NCBI RefSeq assembly: GCF_018350175.1
Contig: NC_058368.1
Location: 23,500,001-23,564,000 of the forward strand
Direction: 5' to 3'
Origin: Felis catus
Lineage: Eukaryota
DNA length: 64,000 nucleotides
Shown here piece by piece: positions 38,506 to 51,075 of this stretch (its first letter is position 1; each line of letters opens with the position of its first letter). Made by a program: the position numbers and the translations under genes. The notes under the pieces were generated by a model. It saw only the letters and a program-made list of their open reading frames with translations, had not been told where the DNA came from and did no database searches.

Positions 38506-40472
38506 TTTAATTTAACTTTCTATTGTAAGTATCACTCTGTATTGCTAATCCCTTTACTGAACACAATTTCTAATTGTTGAATGTTACTGAATCACGGAAA
38601 AGTGCTGTAATTTTCTGCTTCTATATATTTGGACATGGATGGTTTTCATTTTGGGCTATTATAAATGACACGGTTATTTAGCATTTTTATGTAAAATTAA
38701 TTTCAGTGTTATGACTATTAAGCCAGATTCACAGGAATAGAACTATTTAGATCTCACAAAAGCTAATGTCGAAAGTTTGTATCATCTAAACTTCCATTAC
38801 CAATCTATGAGAGATCGTTTTACTTCACTGCCTGTAAATGGAAGGAAGATGTTAAACTTCTTAAAGCCTTAGATCATTTATAAGACAAAAAAGAATTTGA
38901 AAAAGATAGTGAATGAGAGAACTCTTTTCCTCATTTGCCAATCAAAAATTACATAAGTGCCCCTAGAGTTTGGAGTTTGGAGGTGGGAGGGGGAGATAAA
39001 TGTTGAGAGAAAGAGACAGACAGATTGACTGGGAGATAAAGCAAGAGAGTTAGATCCTGTTGTGAGAAGCTGTGTGCATCTTTCTCATCTGGCATTCCTA
39101 TGTGCCAAGTCCTGTGCAGGGGCAGGGGATGAAGGAACCCTATTCCACGTTAAATTTGGAGATCTAAGAGTAAATGAGATAAATGGCACCCTTGGGGATC
39201 TCTCTGCTCTGGAAATGTTTGTTCCCACAGAAGCATCCTTGAACCATGACAACACATCAGAAAAAAAGATGGCTGCATGCAGCATCTTGGGTCTGAGTTC
39301 TCTCTGATGCCAGTGGAGTGTGGGAAACAGCTATTTCCTTGGTGGTTAAGGGTGTTTTGAATGAGATGCCAAGAGCAGGAAGGATGCAGAAGTGGCCATA
39401 GGGTCAGGCCTGGGCAATGCACCTGAAAACAGCAGTGTGGACAGTACAATTTTAAGAAGTGGCTTTCCAGTAGACACCAATATTAGGAGGTGCCTGTGGC
39501 TTTCATACAGGCTACCAGAGATGAAGATAGAGGAGTGAATAGCTTCCTCCTTACCAATGTTATACCCTGAAGGATAAGGTGTGGAGAAAATTCTAAAAGA
39601 AATTAAGTTTTAAACCCAAAGTGATTGAGATCACTGGATTTGACAGACTTCACTTGGAATTGAGTTAATTATCATGCCATCAGGTGGAAGTGATGATGGG
39701 TAGAGATGAAAATTTAATCTGGTTATAGAAAAATAAAGACATTTATTATTTTTTTCAAAATAAAAGGGGAGGGAGTGAAATAGCTAAGCTTTAAAATATG
39801 CATCACTTCTGTACTTTTTGTCATGGCTGTGTTTTTCAGAGGTGAAACAAAAATAAATGACTTCGACTGTTCCAGTGCTTCAGAATTGCATATGAGTCCC
39901 AATGGTGATTATTTTCTTCAAGAAACATAGACAGTAACCAAACACAACTTATTTCGGCTGTCTGTATTTGACATGTCATTTCAACTCTATCAAAAGTTTC
40001 TGTTTTTCTTGAAAAATAGTTTCATTTATCTCTTTTGGTAGCAAAACAAATTAAGAAGTCTTTCAAGAGGAACAAGATGTGGGAGCTCACTGAGGCAAAG
40101 TAAGCTGGGCATGAGGTTCAGAGAACTATTAAAAGGAGAGTCATCTTCATTAAAAATTAGCATAATTGCAATGCCCTGAATGTGTCTTGTGTAGGTGACA
40201 AGAAATTGGTAGTAAATATGAATGTGGCTCAACTCAGTTTCCATTATTTGTTGATGATTTACTTAGGTTATTTAAGTCTGGAATGGCTATTTGTGGGCAG
40301 AAAGGTCAATAGGTATGGCACCACAATTGAGCATACACTTAAGTGCGGCATTGAATGTTGTAACAAGTAAAATATTCAACTTTCCCCCTGTAGTTTGCCC
40401 GCAGAGGAAGACAATGTGGACAAATGGTGTCATGGAATTTTAGAGAAAGGGGGAACATCAGAGCGTCTAGTC

Positions 40473-41115
40473 TAGTGACTCTCAACCTTTCAGACCCAAG
40501 AACACTTTTATAACGAATCCTTGGTGACACCCTTGTCCTACCCTAAAGTAAGATTCATAGACAAGTAATTTGAGTATGTATACATCTAAAAATACCCTAA
40601 CTAGAAGAGAAATAAAATGAAAGTGATGATGATACATATTTCAATACTAGATTTACAGGTCTGATGAAAGAAGACATACTGGAGTAGATGGGACTTGTAC
40701 TTATGGTGAGTGAATTAGATTTAAAAGATCAGGAGCCATTCTGTACAATGCAAATGCAGAAGTACAGGTAGATATTGGAATAAAAACTAGTAGGACCAGT
40801 ATATTTTAAAACTGTGCAAAAATATTCTGCTTCTCTGTGTGAAACAGGTTTTAGGTTAATTAACTATAATAAAGTCCTTCACTTACCTCAATGACAGAGG
40901 GACATTAGAAAGTCATGCAGGATGCAGAACAATTACTGATTGTCCCAGACTGTGCTAAGTGTTGAAGGACATCCAGCATCCCTATCCACACTTGCTGAAT
41001 GCCAATAGCACTATCCATTCCTGTGACAACCAGAACTTCTCCCACACATGGCCATTTCCCACCCATGACCCAAATGTCCCCCTGTGGGTAGTGCTGCTTC
41101 TGTGGAGAACCACTG
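40473..41115. mobile_element. hAT-Charlie (MER20-like) DNA transposon
   Basis: Termini tagtgactctcaac ... ggagaaccactg; 8-bp TSD gtctagtc / atctagtc. Confidence 0.8.
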
Positions 41116-44100
41116 ATCTAGTCTAATTCTCTTGTTTTATAGACAAGTAAATTGAGGGCCAAAGGGATTCAATGACTGGTTCAAGGTCTCTTGGCTGAGT
41201 AGAGGCAGAACAAGGAATAGTTCCTCTGATTCTTGCCTAGAGCCTTACCAACCCTGGACTACATTCCTTTCTGGTGTTCCCAAAACTTTTTGGGAAATGG
41301 AAAGTCAAATTAAACACCTTCCAATTTTTGGAAAAGGGGACCAGGGCATGCATTTTGAAGCTAAGTTTTCATGCAATTTAGGATTACTGGAGGTGGCTTG
41401 ATGAAGCTAATGGAGATTATAGAGGAGGCACCCCAGCATTGCTCTCTCCTAAGTACCTCTTGGAGTTGTCAGTTCCTTGGGTCCATTTCTCACTGTGTCT
41501 GCCTTGGGCAAGGCTCTGCTTTTAGGCAATTCTTTTCTTCCCAGATATAAGCAATCTGACACTGTATCAGTTATAGCCTCTCCAATACTAACGTCATGAA
41601 TAATAGTTTTCTATTGCCCTATGGTAGTTTTGTGTGGATTATAATTTTTGTTTAGTACAACTCTTAGTAAAATACTACTGCTACATATCTATCTACTATG
41701 TGTCAGGCACTGATATAGGCTCATTTGCAGCTTGATTTATTTTCCTCACAATGATTAAGGTAGGTATTATTAGTCCCCATTTACAAATGAAAAACTGATA
41801 CTTAGAGAGATGAAGGAGGGAAGGACAGAAGAAAGAGCACTCCAGGTAGCTGGCAGAGTCTACAAAGATCCCAAAGCTATAAAGTAGGGACTAGTTTAAC
41901 CAAGGTCCAAAGACTTTGTAGAAGAGTTGGGAGTTGTTCTTTTGTCTCTCTCATTGTGTCACTCCTTCTGAATTAGCTTCACAGTCTCATTTCTTCCATC
42001 CCTTTGATACTAGATTTTATGAAAGAAGGTTCCCACACCATATAGGCAAGTTCAAATCTGCAATATATCTCCAAGCTGCACTCTCTAGCAGACATCAGCC
42101 TTGGGAAAACCTCCAGTGACCTTCACATTTCCACGTTTTTTTTTTTACTCTCCTTTGGTTCCTGGTTTAGAAGATTCTAAAGCTCTCGACACAAATGGCC
42201 ACCCCTGTTTCTTAGGTCTTTCTTCTCTCTCATGTCTGCTCTTTGTTTCTCCTGTTTTCCTTCAGCTTCCAAATTTACATGTTCTTCCCATTACCATGTG
42301 CAAAGAATCATTCCCTCCAACCATAGATGCCCTTCTGCCCTTCTAGACTATCATAATTTGTTTGAATGAAATTAATTAGTTGATTCACATGACTTGGTTC
42401 CATAAAACAATTGAGGCACTTTGGATGATGTCTCTCCTGAGCCATGATTCTGATTTCTAAACACTTCCAGGGAATCCTCATCTAGGGATGATATTGACAT
42501 CTGAAACTGGGTATTGTCAAAATGGAATTTATTTTTCTCCTGTAAATAAGCTCTTTCACTTTTTGATTTTTCTTCTTCAGAATGCCATCGTTATTCCCTC
42601 TAGCATCCTCTTAATAGCTGCTTCATTTTCTTTGCTTGTCATATTTATTAGGTTATAAGCTAAGTCCCAGTGGTCTCAGCTTTTTGGAATCTCTCATATT
42701 CGTCTTCCCTTTTCCATCCTCACTGCCACTGGCCTGCCTCACTGTGACCAGTTATAATATTTTTGTTTCTTCATTTTATATTAGACCTCCTCCAAGCCAT
42801 CTTGCACTCTGCTTCCAGAATAATTATTTTAATGCTCTTCAAACCTACAATGTCTCCCACACCCTCCATTGCATATATATTTAATGGAATAATATTTTTA
42901 TACATTAAATATTTTTTCCTTTCCCTTGATTATTCCATCCTCTTCATTCCATCAGTTAGCCAGTCCTCCTGTTCATTGTCTCAGGGCAGAGATGAAGTAG
43001 AATTAAAAATGGAAATAATCAGGGAGTTCATACACTTTTTTCCCAAAAGACGGAGCCCTTGAACACAGAATGAGAGCTCGGGTTGTTAACAGTTTCTTGA
43101 TCAAAAAACCTGCAGGAGCCAAGATTGTCCCAGACTAAAGAGCAGCTGCAGTCTGTGCTGGAGGGAAGAGATGTGTGGTGATGTGGTGATGGTGGTAATA
43201 GTAAGGACATGGTCCACTTTCTAACCAGTGCAACCAGTAATTGCAAAGACTTAGAGAAGTTTGTGGAATTCTAGAGAGGGAATTTGGGCTTCTCAGTATC
43301 ACTGCTGGGGATTTGGGGTTGTGGGGGTGACCATATGTTATATTAGACAGATAGGGCAATAATTGGCCTTTGGAAGGAACCTCAGGGGCTGGCTGGCAAG
43401 CTAGGTAGGAAACATCTGTGCAGTAAACTGGATGGGAGACTCAAAGATCCAGTAGGCCAATGACTTCCCGATGCCTGGGCATGATGCAAACCCTGAACTT
43501 ACTCAGGGGGAGAAAAAGGGAAGAATACTGAAAAAAAGAGATTCAAATTTCTGCCCAGTTCAGCAGAGTGGGGCTTAAACTAGAAATGAAGTTGAATGAT
43601 CGAAACCAAGTTATATTGTTTACACATGGAAGTTTGTGGACTGAGATGAAGTTTCACACAAAATTAGGTTAAAGCCTTCAAACTGAGTATGAAGCCCTGT
43701 AGAATGGTGCTTGAGTCAATGTTTCTAGTTTTTTCTTCTTTTTTTGGGGGGGTGCGAGGGGGGAACTTACAAACTTACATTTTATTTTGACGAGTCTGTT
43801 CACAATTCCCTGGTCATGTTTTCCTGCTCCTGATGCTTGTTGGCCCTTCTCTCTGCCTAGAAAGCACTCCTCTAACACCCCTCACCCCATTCTTACCAGC
43901 TTTTCAACACCTTCTCAAATTCCATCTGTCTCACAAAAACTCTCTGTTGTTTCCCTTTGCTGAACTCACAGGCATTTTGCACATCCTCTCCTCTGGCCTT
44001 TGCTAGACCAAACGGAACGCCAGACTCTGCATTTACACTCACCTCTAGGGTGGATGCAGCTAAGCCCATGGACTTTAGCATTATTTGTTCTCATGATCTG

Positions 44101-44146
44101 CCCCCATTGATAATTAACAGGCAGAGGGTAAGAAAGGGGATGAGTT

Positions 44147-44375
44147 GGGGCGCCTGGGTGGCACAGTCGGTTAAGCGTCCGACTTCAGCCAGGTCACGAT
44201 TTCGCGGTCCGTGAGTTCGAGCCCCGCGTCAGGCTCTGGGCTGATGGCTCGGAGCCTGGAGCCTGTTTCCGATTCTGTGTCTCCCTCTCTCTCTGCCCCA
44301 CCCCCGTTCATGCTCTGTCTCTCTCTGTCCCAAAAATAAATAAACGTTGAAAAAAAAATTAAAAAAAAAAAAAAA
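44147..44375 (+). mobile_element. Young felid Can-SINE
   Basis: Near consensus; perfect TSD aagaaaggggatgagtt. Confidence 0.97.
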
Positions 44376-46180
44376 AGAAAGGGGATGAGTTTTAGTGACC
44401 ATTCTAGACGGTCACTTAGCGCAGGAAAACCTTGATCAGCTTAGAGGATGGAGGAGAGAGGAATTCATCAAATGAGCTTAAACAGTGATATGCAGCCCAG
44501 TTCTGTGAACTTGGGCACAAGAGCAATGGAACCTAAGTGTCACACTCTGCATCTAACATCAAAACAGTCTCTGTAAAAATGTTGGTTGGTTTGTTGGTTG
44601 GTTGGTAAAAATCCTTAATAAATCTGTTTCACTTAGAACTTTCCTGATCTGTTGTCTGAACGTTGGGGAATTGTTAAAGCGGCAACAAGCCTGGCTCCCC
44701 AAATCTACTAGAAATGATTATTACTCAAACTGGGGAGACTTCCAAGGGCACTCACCGTAATCTGCCTCATGTCACTATTACTTGAGTATGTCTCCTATCA
44801 TTCAGTTTTACACTGCTTGACGTTAAAGTCTATTTGCCTATTTTTATATACTTCTTATTAACTGGTCACTAAATGGTCACTAAATGTTGAATTGGATTCT
44901 TTCATATTCTTTCATATCATTTATTAACCCTATTTAATCTTTTCAGGAATCATCAATTTTTTAACTAATCTCAAAATGAGACACTGTACATTAAATGTCT
45001 AGAACAGACCATAGTAATAGAGACTGTCTAGGATTTTCTGAGACAATCTCATTTCATGTGTTCTTTTCTTCCCTTTTCAGTAATAATACTTCATTAAATA
45101 TGAAACTATATGCAAAGTCATTTTATTCGTTTGTATGATTTTCACATAAACTTTTAATTCAAACTGTTTATGTACTAGATGATGTATCCTAATCTTTATA
45201 ATGGAAAATATGGTGTCTGTTCACATTATAGATGTCTAGTACTGTTTGTTGATTCTGAATCAACTGTATTTATCAAATGTTTTTCTTCTTAGAGTTGCGC
45301 TTTGCCTATAAAAGCAAATTGGACAAGGTTATCCTTCTCCAGGAGATTTGAGTTTACATCAGAAATGACAGAAACACGTATATTAGGCATAATTTTTTGT
45401 TAGATGAAAATCACTTCTGATCATTGCTTATTCAATTGCAAGGTTTAGACTGAAAATAACTTCTGCCTTTGCATTGCTTACCAGGGTAATGATAGAATTC
45501 ATTTTGTACACTTTGGGGGTACCGTGTGGCTCTAAGAGAAAAAATCAACATAAGAGAGTAAATGCCAATTACAGGTATTTGTGGTCTAGCTGAACCAGCC
45601 TGGTACCAAGTAACCTATAGACCTTTGAAGTTCTCATTTTCTAAGTGTGCTTAGTTTAGGAAATTTTTGGTAGTACCAAGCAGTGATAAAGACCAAAATA
45701 TGACCTTTCAGGCTTGAATAGGTACATAGAAACCAACCTTGTTTCCTGTAAGAATGAAGCAAATGCCTTCTTCATCATTGTGTTTCGTGTGGTGTTTGAG
45801 CCTTGGGGATGTTGGGTAATATCTGAGACATTCAGTAGGAAGTTGCAGTCAGATTCCTACTAGAATATGGTTGTGCATGTTTGTAAGTATATGTGACAAC
45901 ACGGATGGATAGGGTGATGACACAATTGTTGTACAAATAAATGACTTTCTCATTACCTATAAATTTTTTGAGATCAGAGTCTGGGTCATTTTGTTTGCCC
46001 TTCTTTTTCCCACATCCTGAAAAGTTTAAGTGATTGAGAAAAAACTGTTGAATGGATGAAAGAATCTTCTACTAGATTAGATTCTATGTAAGCCAACAAG
46101 TCCCTAAAACTATGGATGGATCAGAAGACTCAAGAAAGGTTCTGAATGTTTTGATATTTGGCAACTATGATGGTTAATTT

Positions 46181-47809
46181 ATTTTTTCACTCTATAAAAT
46201 TTTTATTAATTCAAAACATTTTAAAAATTTATTTATTTTTTAATTTGCATCCAAGTTACTTAGCATATAGTGCAACAGTGATTTCAGGAGTAGATTCCTT
46301 AATGCCCCTTACCTGTTTAGCCTATCCCCCCTCCCACAACCCCTTCAGCAACCCTCTGTTTGTTCTCCATATTTAAGAGTCTCTTATGTTTTGGCCCCCT
46401 CCCTGTTTTTATATTATTTTTGTTCCCCTTCCCTTATTTTCATCTGTTTTGTACCTTAAATTCCTCATGAGTGAAGTCATATAGTATTTGTCTTTCTCTG
46501 ACTAATTTCACTTAGCATAATACCCTCTAGTTCCATCCACATTGTTGCAAATGGCAAGATTTCATTCTTTTTGATTGCTGAGCAATACTCCATTATATAT
46601 ACATAACCATATCTTCTTTATCAATTCATCCATCGATGGACACTTGGGCTCTTTCCATACTTTGGAAAGTACTATTGTTGATAGTGATGCTATAAACATT
46701 GGGGTGCATGTGTCCCTTCGAAATAGCACATTTGTATCCCTTGGATAAATACCTAGTAGTGCAATTGCTGGGTTGTAGGGTAGTTCTATTTTTAATTTTT
46801 TGATGAACTTCCATACTGTTTTCCAGAGTGGCTGCACCAGTTTGCATTCCCACCAGCAGTGCAAAAGAGATCCTCTTTCTCCACATCCTTGCCAACATCT
46901 GTTGTTGCCTGAGTTGTTAATGTTACCCATCCTGACAGGTGTGAGGTGGTATCTCATTGTGGTTGTTATTTGTATTTCCCTGATGATGAGTGATATTGAG
47001 CATTTTTTTCATGTGTTGGTTGGCCATGTGGATGTCTTATTTGGAGAAGTGTCTATTCATGTCTTTTGCTCATTTCTTCACTGGATTATTTGTTTTTTGG
47101 GTGTTGAGTCTGATAAGTTCTTTATAGATTTTGGATCTAACCCTTTATGTGATATGTCATTTGCAAATATCTTCTCCCATTCTGTCAGTTGCCTTTTAGT
47201 TTTGCTGATTTGTTTCCTTCACTGTGAAGAAGGTTTTTATTTTGATGAGGTCCCAGTAGTTCATTTTTGCTTTTGTTTACCTTCCCTCCAGAGACATGTT
47301 GAGTAAGAAGTTGCTGCAGCCGAGGTCAAAGAGGTTTTTGCCTGCTTTTTCCTCTAGGATTTTGATGGCTTCCTGTATTATGTTTAGGTCTTTCATCCAT
47401 TTTTTTTTTTTTTTGTGTGTGTATGGTGCAAGAAAGTGGTCCAGGTTCATTTTACCGCATGTCACTGTCCAGTTTTCCCAGCACCATTTGCTGAAGAGAT
47501 TGTCTTTATTTCATTGGATATTCTTTCCTGCTTTGTCAAAGATTAGTTGGCCATATGTTTGTGGGTCCATTTCTGGGTTGTCTATTCGGTTCCATTGACC
47601 TGAGTGTCTGTTCTTGTGCCAGTACCATACTGTCTTGATGATTACAGCTTTGTAATACATCTTGAAGTCCAGGATTGTGATGCTTCCAGCTTTGGTTTTC
47701 TTTTTCAAAATTGCTTTGGCTATTTGGGGTCTTTTCTGGTTCCATACAAATTTTAGGATTGTTTGTTCTAGTTCTGTGAAGAATGCTGGTGTTATTTTGA
47801 TAGGGATTG
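46181..47809 (-). mobile_element. 5'-truncated carnivore L1 (ORF2 C-terminal part and 3' UTR)
   Basis: ORF 46562-46957 '[10 protein letters not shown]...[16 protein letters not shown]'; '[18 protein letters not shown]'; TSD ct(a/g)tgat(g/a)gttaattt at 46165 and 47810. Confidence 0.95.
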
Positions 47810-47810
47810 C

Positions 47811-48209
47811 TGTGATAGTTAATTTTATGTGTTATCTTGACTGGGCCCCAGGGTACCCAGCTACTTGGTTAAACATTATTCTGGTGTTTCTGCAAGGCTG
47901 TTTTTAGGTGACATTAACATTTTAATTGATAAAGTAGATTGTCCTCTATGATGTGTGTAGACCTCATCTAACTAGTTGAAGGCCTGATTTGAACAAAAAC
48001 TGATCTTCTTCTGCTTGCCAGACCCTGAACTTCATTTGTACCATTAATTCTCCTGGGTCTCAAGCCTACTGGCACATACTGCAGATTTGTAATTACCAGT
48101 CTGCATAATAACATGAGCCAGTATTTTACAATGGATTTGTTTCTATAAATGTATATATACATCCTATTGTTTTTATTTCTCTAAAGAAACAAAACAGCTG
48201 GCTAATACA
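47811..48209 (+). mobile_element. MLT2 (ERVL) solo LTR; its 5' end is duplicated by the L1 TSD
   Basis: tgtgatagttaattttatgtg ... ctaataca; 5-bp flanks gcaac (46161) and gcacc (48210). Confidence 0.85.
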
Positions 48210-48489
48210 GCACCTGGGTGATTTTAGGCAAGTCACCTAGTCTCTCTGAGGCTCTCTTTCCTCTTCTTTAAATATGGTGATATTTGCCCTTCAGAATTAG
48301 GATTATATATGATTGCACATTTGAATCAGATACCTGTGGTTAAAATGTGATTCTAAGTGGTTAAAAATAGTAACTCATGTAACCTCCATAACAATCCAAT
48401 GAGATAACTTATACCCATTTTATATATAAGGAAACTGAGGCACAAAGGAGTTCAGTAACTTGCCCAAGTTTACACGGTTAGCAATATTA

Positions 48490-48905
48490 CACGTTCACTG
48501 ACAGTCATGAACTCTTTCCCAACCACACCAAAAAGCTCCATTTCCTGGTCTACCCTGTGGTTAGGTAGAGGGTAGTCTGATTGATTTCTAGTTGATGAAG
48601 TGTGGACAGAGATGATGGATATTATTTCTTGGCCTGCCTATAAAATACAGCCGCAAACCATCACCTTCCCTTTTTCTCTTCCCTTGATCACATTGAGGTC
48701 ATTTGTTGAAGGTAGCAGAGCTGTGAGATTAAAGAAACATGAGTCTCTGAGTCATCCCTTTGGGAAGAACTCCAGCAGAGCTGCCCCATGAGAAAAATCT
48801 ACATTGTGCTTTGCATGATGAGCAATAATTCCTCACTGAATCAAGCCTCTGAGATTTTAGAGTTTATTTATTAGCCCATCATAGCCTAACCTAGACTGTC
48901 TAATA
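48490..48905 (+). mobile_element. MLT1 (MaLR) LTR inserted in a MIR
   Basis: 'aagcctctgagattttagagtttatt...catagcctaacctagactgtctaata'; MIR core at ~48400-48480. Confidence 0.65.
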
Positions 48906-49196
48906 GTGTGTTAGAGTTGGGGTTTAAACTAAGGCATTCTGGATGTAGAGATTATTCCCTAAATTGGTGTGGTGCTGTGCTTTTCAGCTCCAGGCACATG
49001 GAAGACACTTAAAAATACTCATTCTGATTATTATCTTGCCTTTTGAGAAGTCTTCATAATGTAAATAAAAACACTTGGGTATTTTTTTATTAAAATATAA
49101 TTAACATATAGTGTTGTATTAGTTTCAGGTATACAATACGATTCAGCAAATCTATACATTACTCAGTGCTCATCAAGATAAGTGTACTCTTTATTA

Positions 49197-49403
49197 ATTT
49201 TTTTAATGTTTATTTTGGGGGGAGAGAGAGAGACACAGTCCAAGTGGGGGAGGGGCAGAGAGAGAGGGTGACAGAATCCAAAGCAGGTCCCAGGCTCTGA
49301 GCTGTCAGCATAGAGTCCAATGTGGGCTCAAACCCATGAACCATGAGATCATGACTTGAGCTGAATCCAGTCACTTAATCCACTGAGCCCCCCAGGGTGA
49401 CCC
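49197..49403 (-). mobile_element. Can-SINE nested in L1
   Basis: TSD gataagtgt(a/t)ctctt. Confidence 0.9.
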
Positions 49404-49664
49404 AGGATAAGTGTTCTCTTGAATTCCCTTCACCTACTTCACCCATCCTCCCACCTACCTCCCCTCTAGTATCCACTAGTTCTCTAAGTTTTTGTTTTAC
49501 ATTTTTTTCTTTGTTCGTTTGTTTCTTAAATCCCATATATGAGTAAAATCATATGGTATTTATCTTTCTGACTTATTTCACTTAGCATTATACCCACAAG
49601 GTTCATCCCTGTTGTTGTGAATGGCAAGATTTCATTCTTTTCTGTGGCTGAGTAATACTCCATT

Positions 49665-49892
49665 GTATATATCATATAGTATCATATATGATACTATATC
49701 ATATATCATATATCATATGTATATATCATATACACTATATAGTATATATATATCATATATATCACATATCATATCATATATCATATCATATACATATATA
49801 TGATATGTATATATATCATACAGTGTGTATATATATCTTTATATATCTATAGTATATATATCTATCTATCTATATTGTGTGTGTGTGTGTAT
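49665..49892. repeat. Compound (ATATC)n/(TA)n/(TG)n low-complexity tract
   Basis: Read directly; lies in the L1 3' region. Confidence 0.9.
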
Positions 49893-50967
49893 CACACCAA
49901 CTTTATTCATGTATGGCTGCACACTTGGGTTGCTTCCATATCTTGGCTATTATAAATAATGCTGCAATAAAAAATTTTCAGATATAGGGGTACATATATC
50001 TTTTCAAATTAGTGTTTTCATTTTCTTTGGGTAAATACCCAATAGTGGAATTACTGGATTATCTAGTAATTCTATTTTTAATGTTTGAGGAACCCCCATA
50101 CTGTTTTCCATAGTGACTGCACCAATAATTCCCACTAATAGTGTACAAGGGTTCCCTTTTTTCCCTACATCCTCACCAACACTTGTCTTTTTGACAAAAG
50201 TCTTTGTCTTTTGTCCTGTCTTTTTGATACTAATCCTTCTGACAGGTATAAGGTGATATCTCATTTTGGTTTTGATTTGAATTTCTCTGATAGTGATGTT
50301 GAGCATCTTTGTTTTAATTAAAGCTAAATGGGTTTTGTTATAGTTGGATTTAATATGCTAATGTGCATTATGAATTTTGTAGAGATAGGAGAGAGTATGA
50401 AGTATTCCTAAAATGACTTGTCCCATAGAACTCTTTCTGTGAACAACATTTAGGAAATGTATTTTGGTAACAGCATGTGTAGTAAGCACTTTGGAGCTAT
50501 ACTTTCTCGGTTCAGATCCCAATTCCTCCACTAATAGTGCTATGGTCTTGGACCACTTCACCTTTATGAACTTTAGTTTCTTCCTAGGAAAAATGGAGAT
50601 GATACTAAGTACCTAACAGGGTTATTATGAAATTTTCTTGGTCTGATGTTTTTAAAAGTTTTAGAATACTGACTGGCCTATAGTGAATGCTCTTTCTCTC
50701 TCTGTGTGTATGTGTATGTGTGTGTTTAGTAAATTAATGAATACATCCTTTTCTAGCCTTGTTTACTAGTTTCCTATATTGTAAACCCCCTGAAATTTAG
50801 GAATGCTTTTTATAATATTTAGAGATGTACAATGTTAATACCTAGGAATAAGTATTAAGCATATACCTTGTGCTTAATAAATATTGAAGAAATGAATGGA
50901 AAAATGGATCTCATCCCATGAAAAGAGATCGGTAATCTGTAACTAAGTTTTTGTTATCTTTATGCAG

Positions 50968-51075
50968 ATCCAAGTTAAAGAATACCCACCTTTTGACATT
51001 GTTATCAATAGATACCTGGATGAGAAGAATTCAACAAACAACTTTAGCCAAGATTCTGATGCTTGGGGTGCACAG
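50968..51075 (+). CDS. Candidate 108-nt symmetric internal exon of an unidentified gene
   Basis: Branch-like aactaa, acceptor tttttgttatctttatgcag|, donor CAG|gtaaga; phase-0 translation IQVKEYPPFDIVINRYLDEKNSTNNFSQDSDAWGAQ has no stop; not recognisably repeat-derived. Confidence 0.45.

Larger units (their letters stand above)
49085..50310 (-). mobile_element. 5'-truncated carnivore L1 with a nested SINE and microsatellite
   Basis: ORF 50004-50306 'IREIQIKTKMRYHLIPVR...PVIPLLGIYPK'. Confidence 0.9.

Noticed and set aside
39839..39903. Possible exon GETKINDFDCSSASELHMSPN
   Set aside because: Weak donor (gtgatt) and no recognisable homology
46562..47907. Long ORFs (131-168 aa) on both strands
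   Set aside because: They are the L1 ORF2 C-terminus and its antisense shadow, in a truncated and frameshifted copy; not host genes
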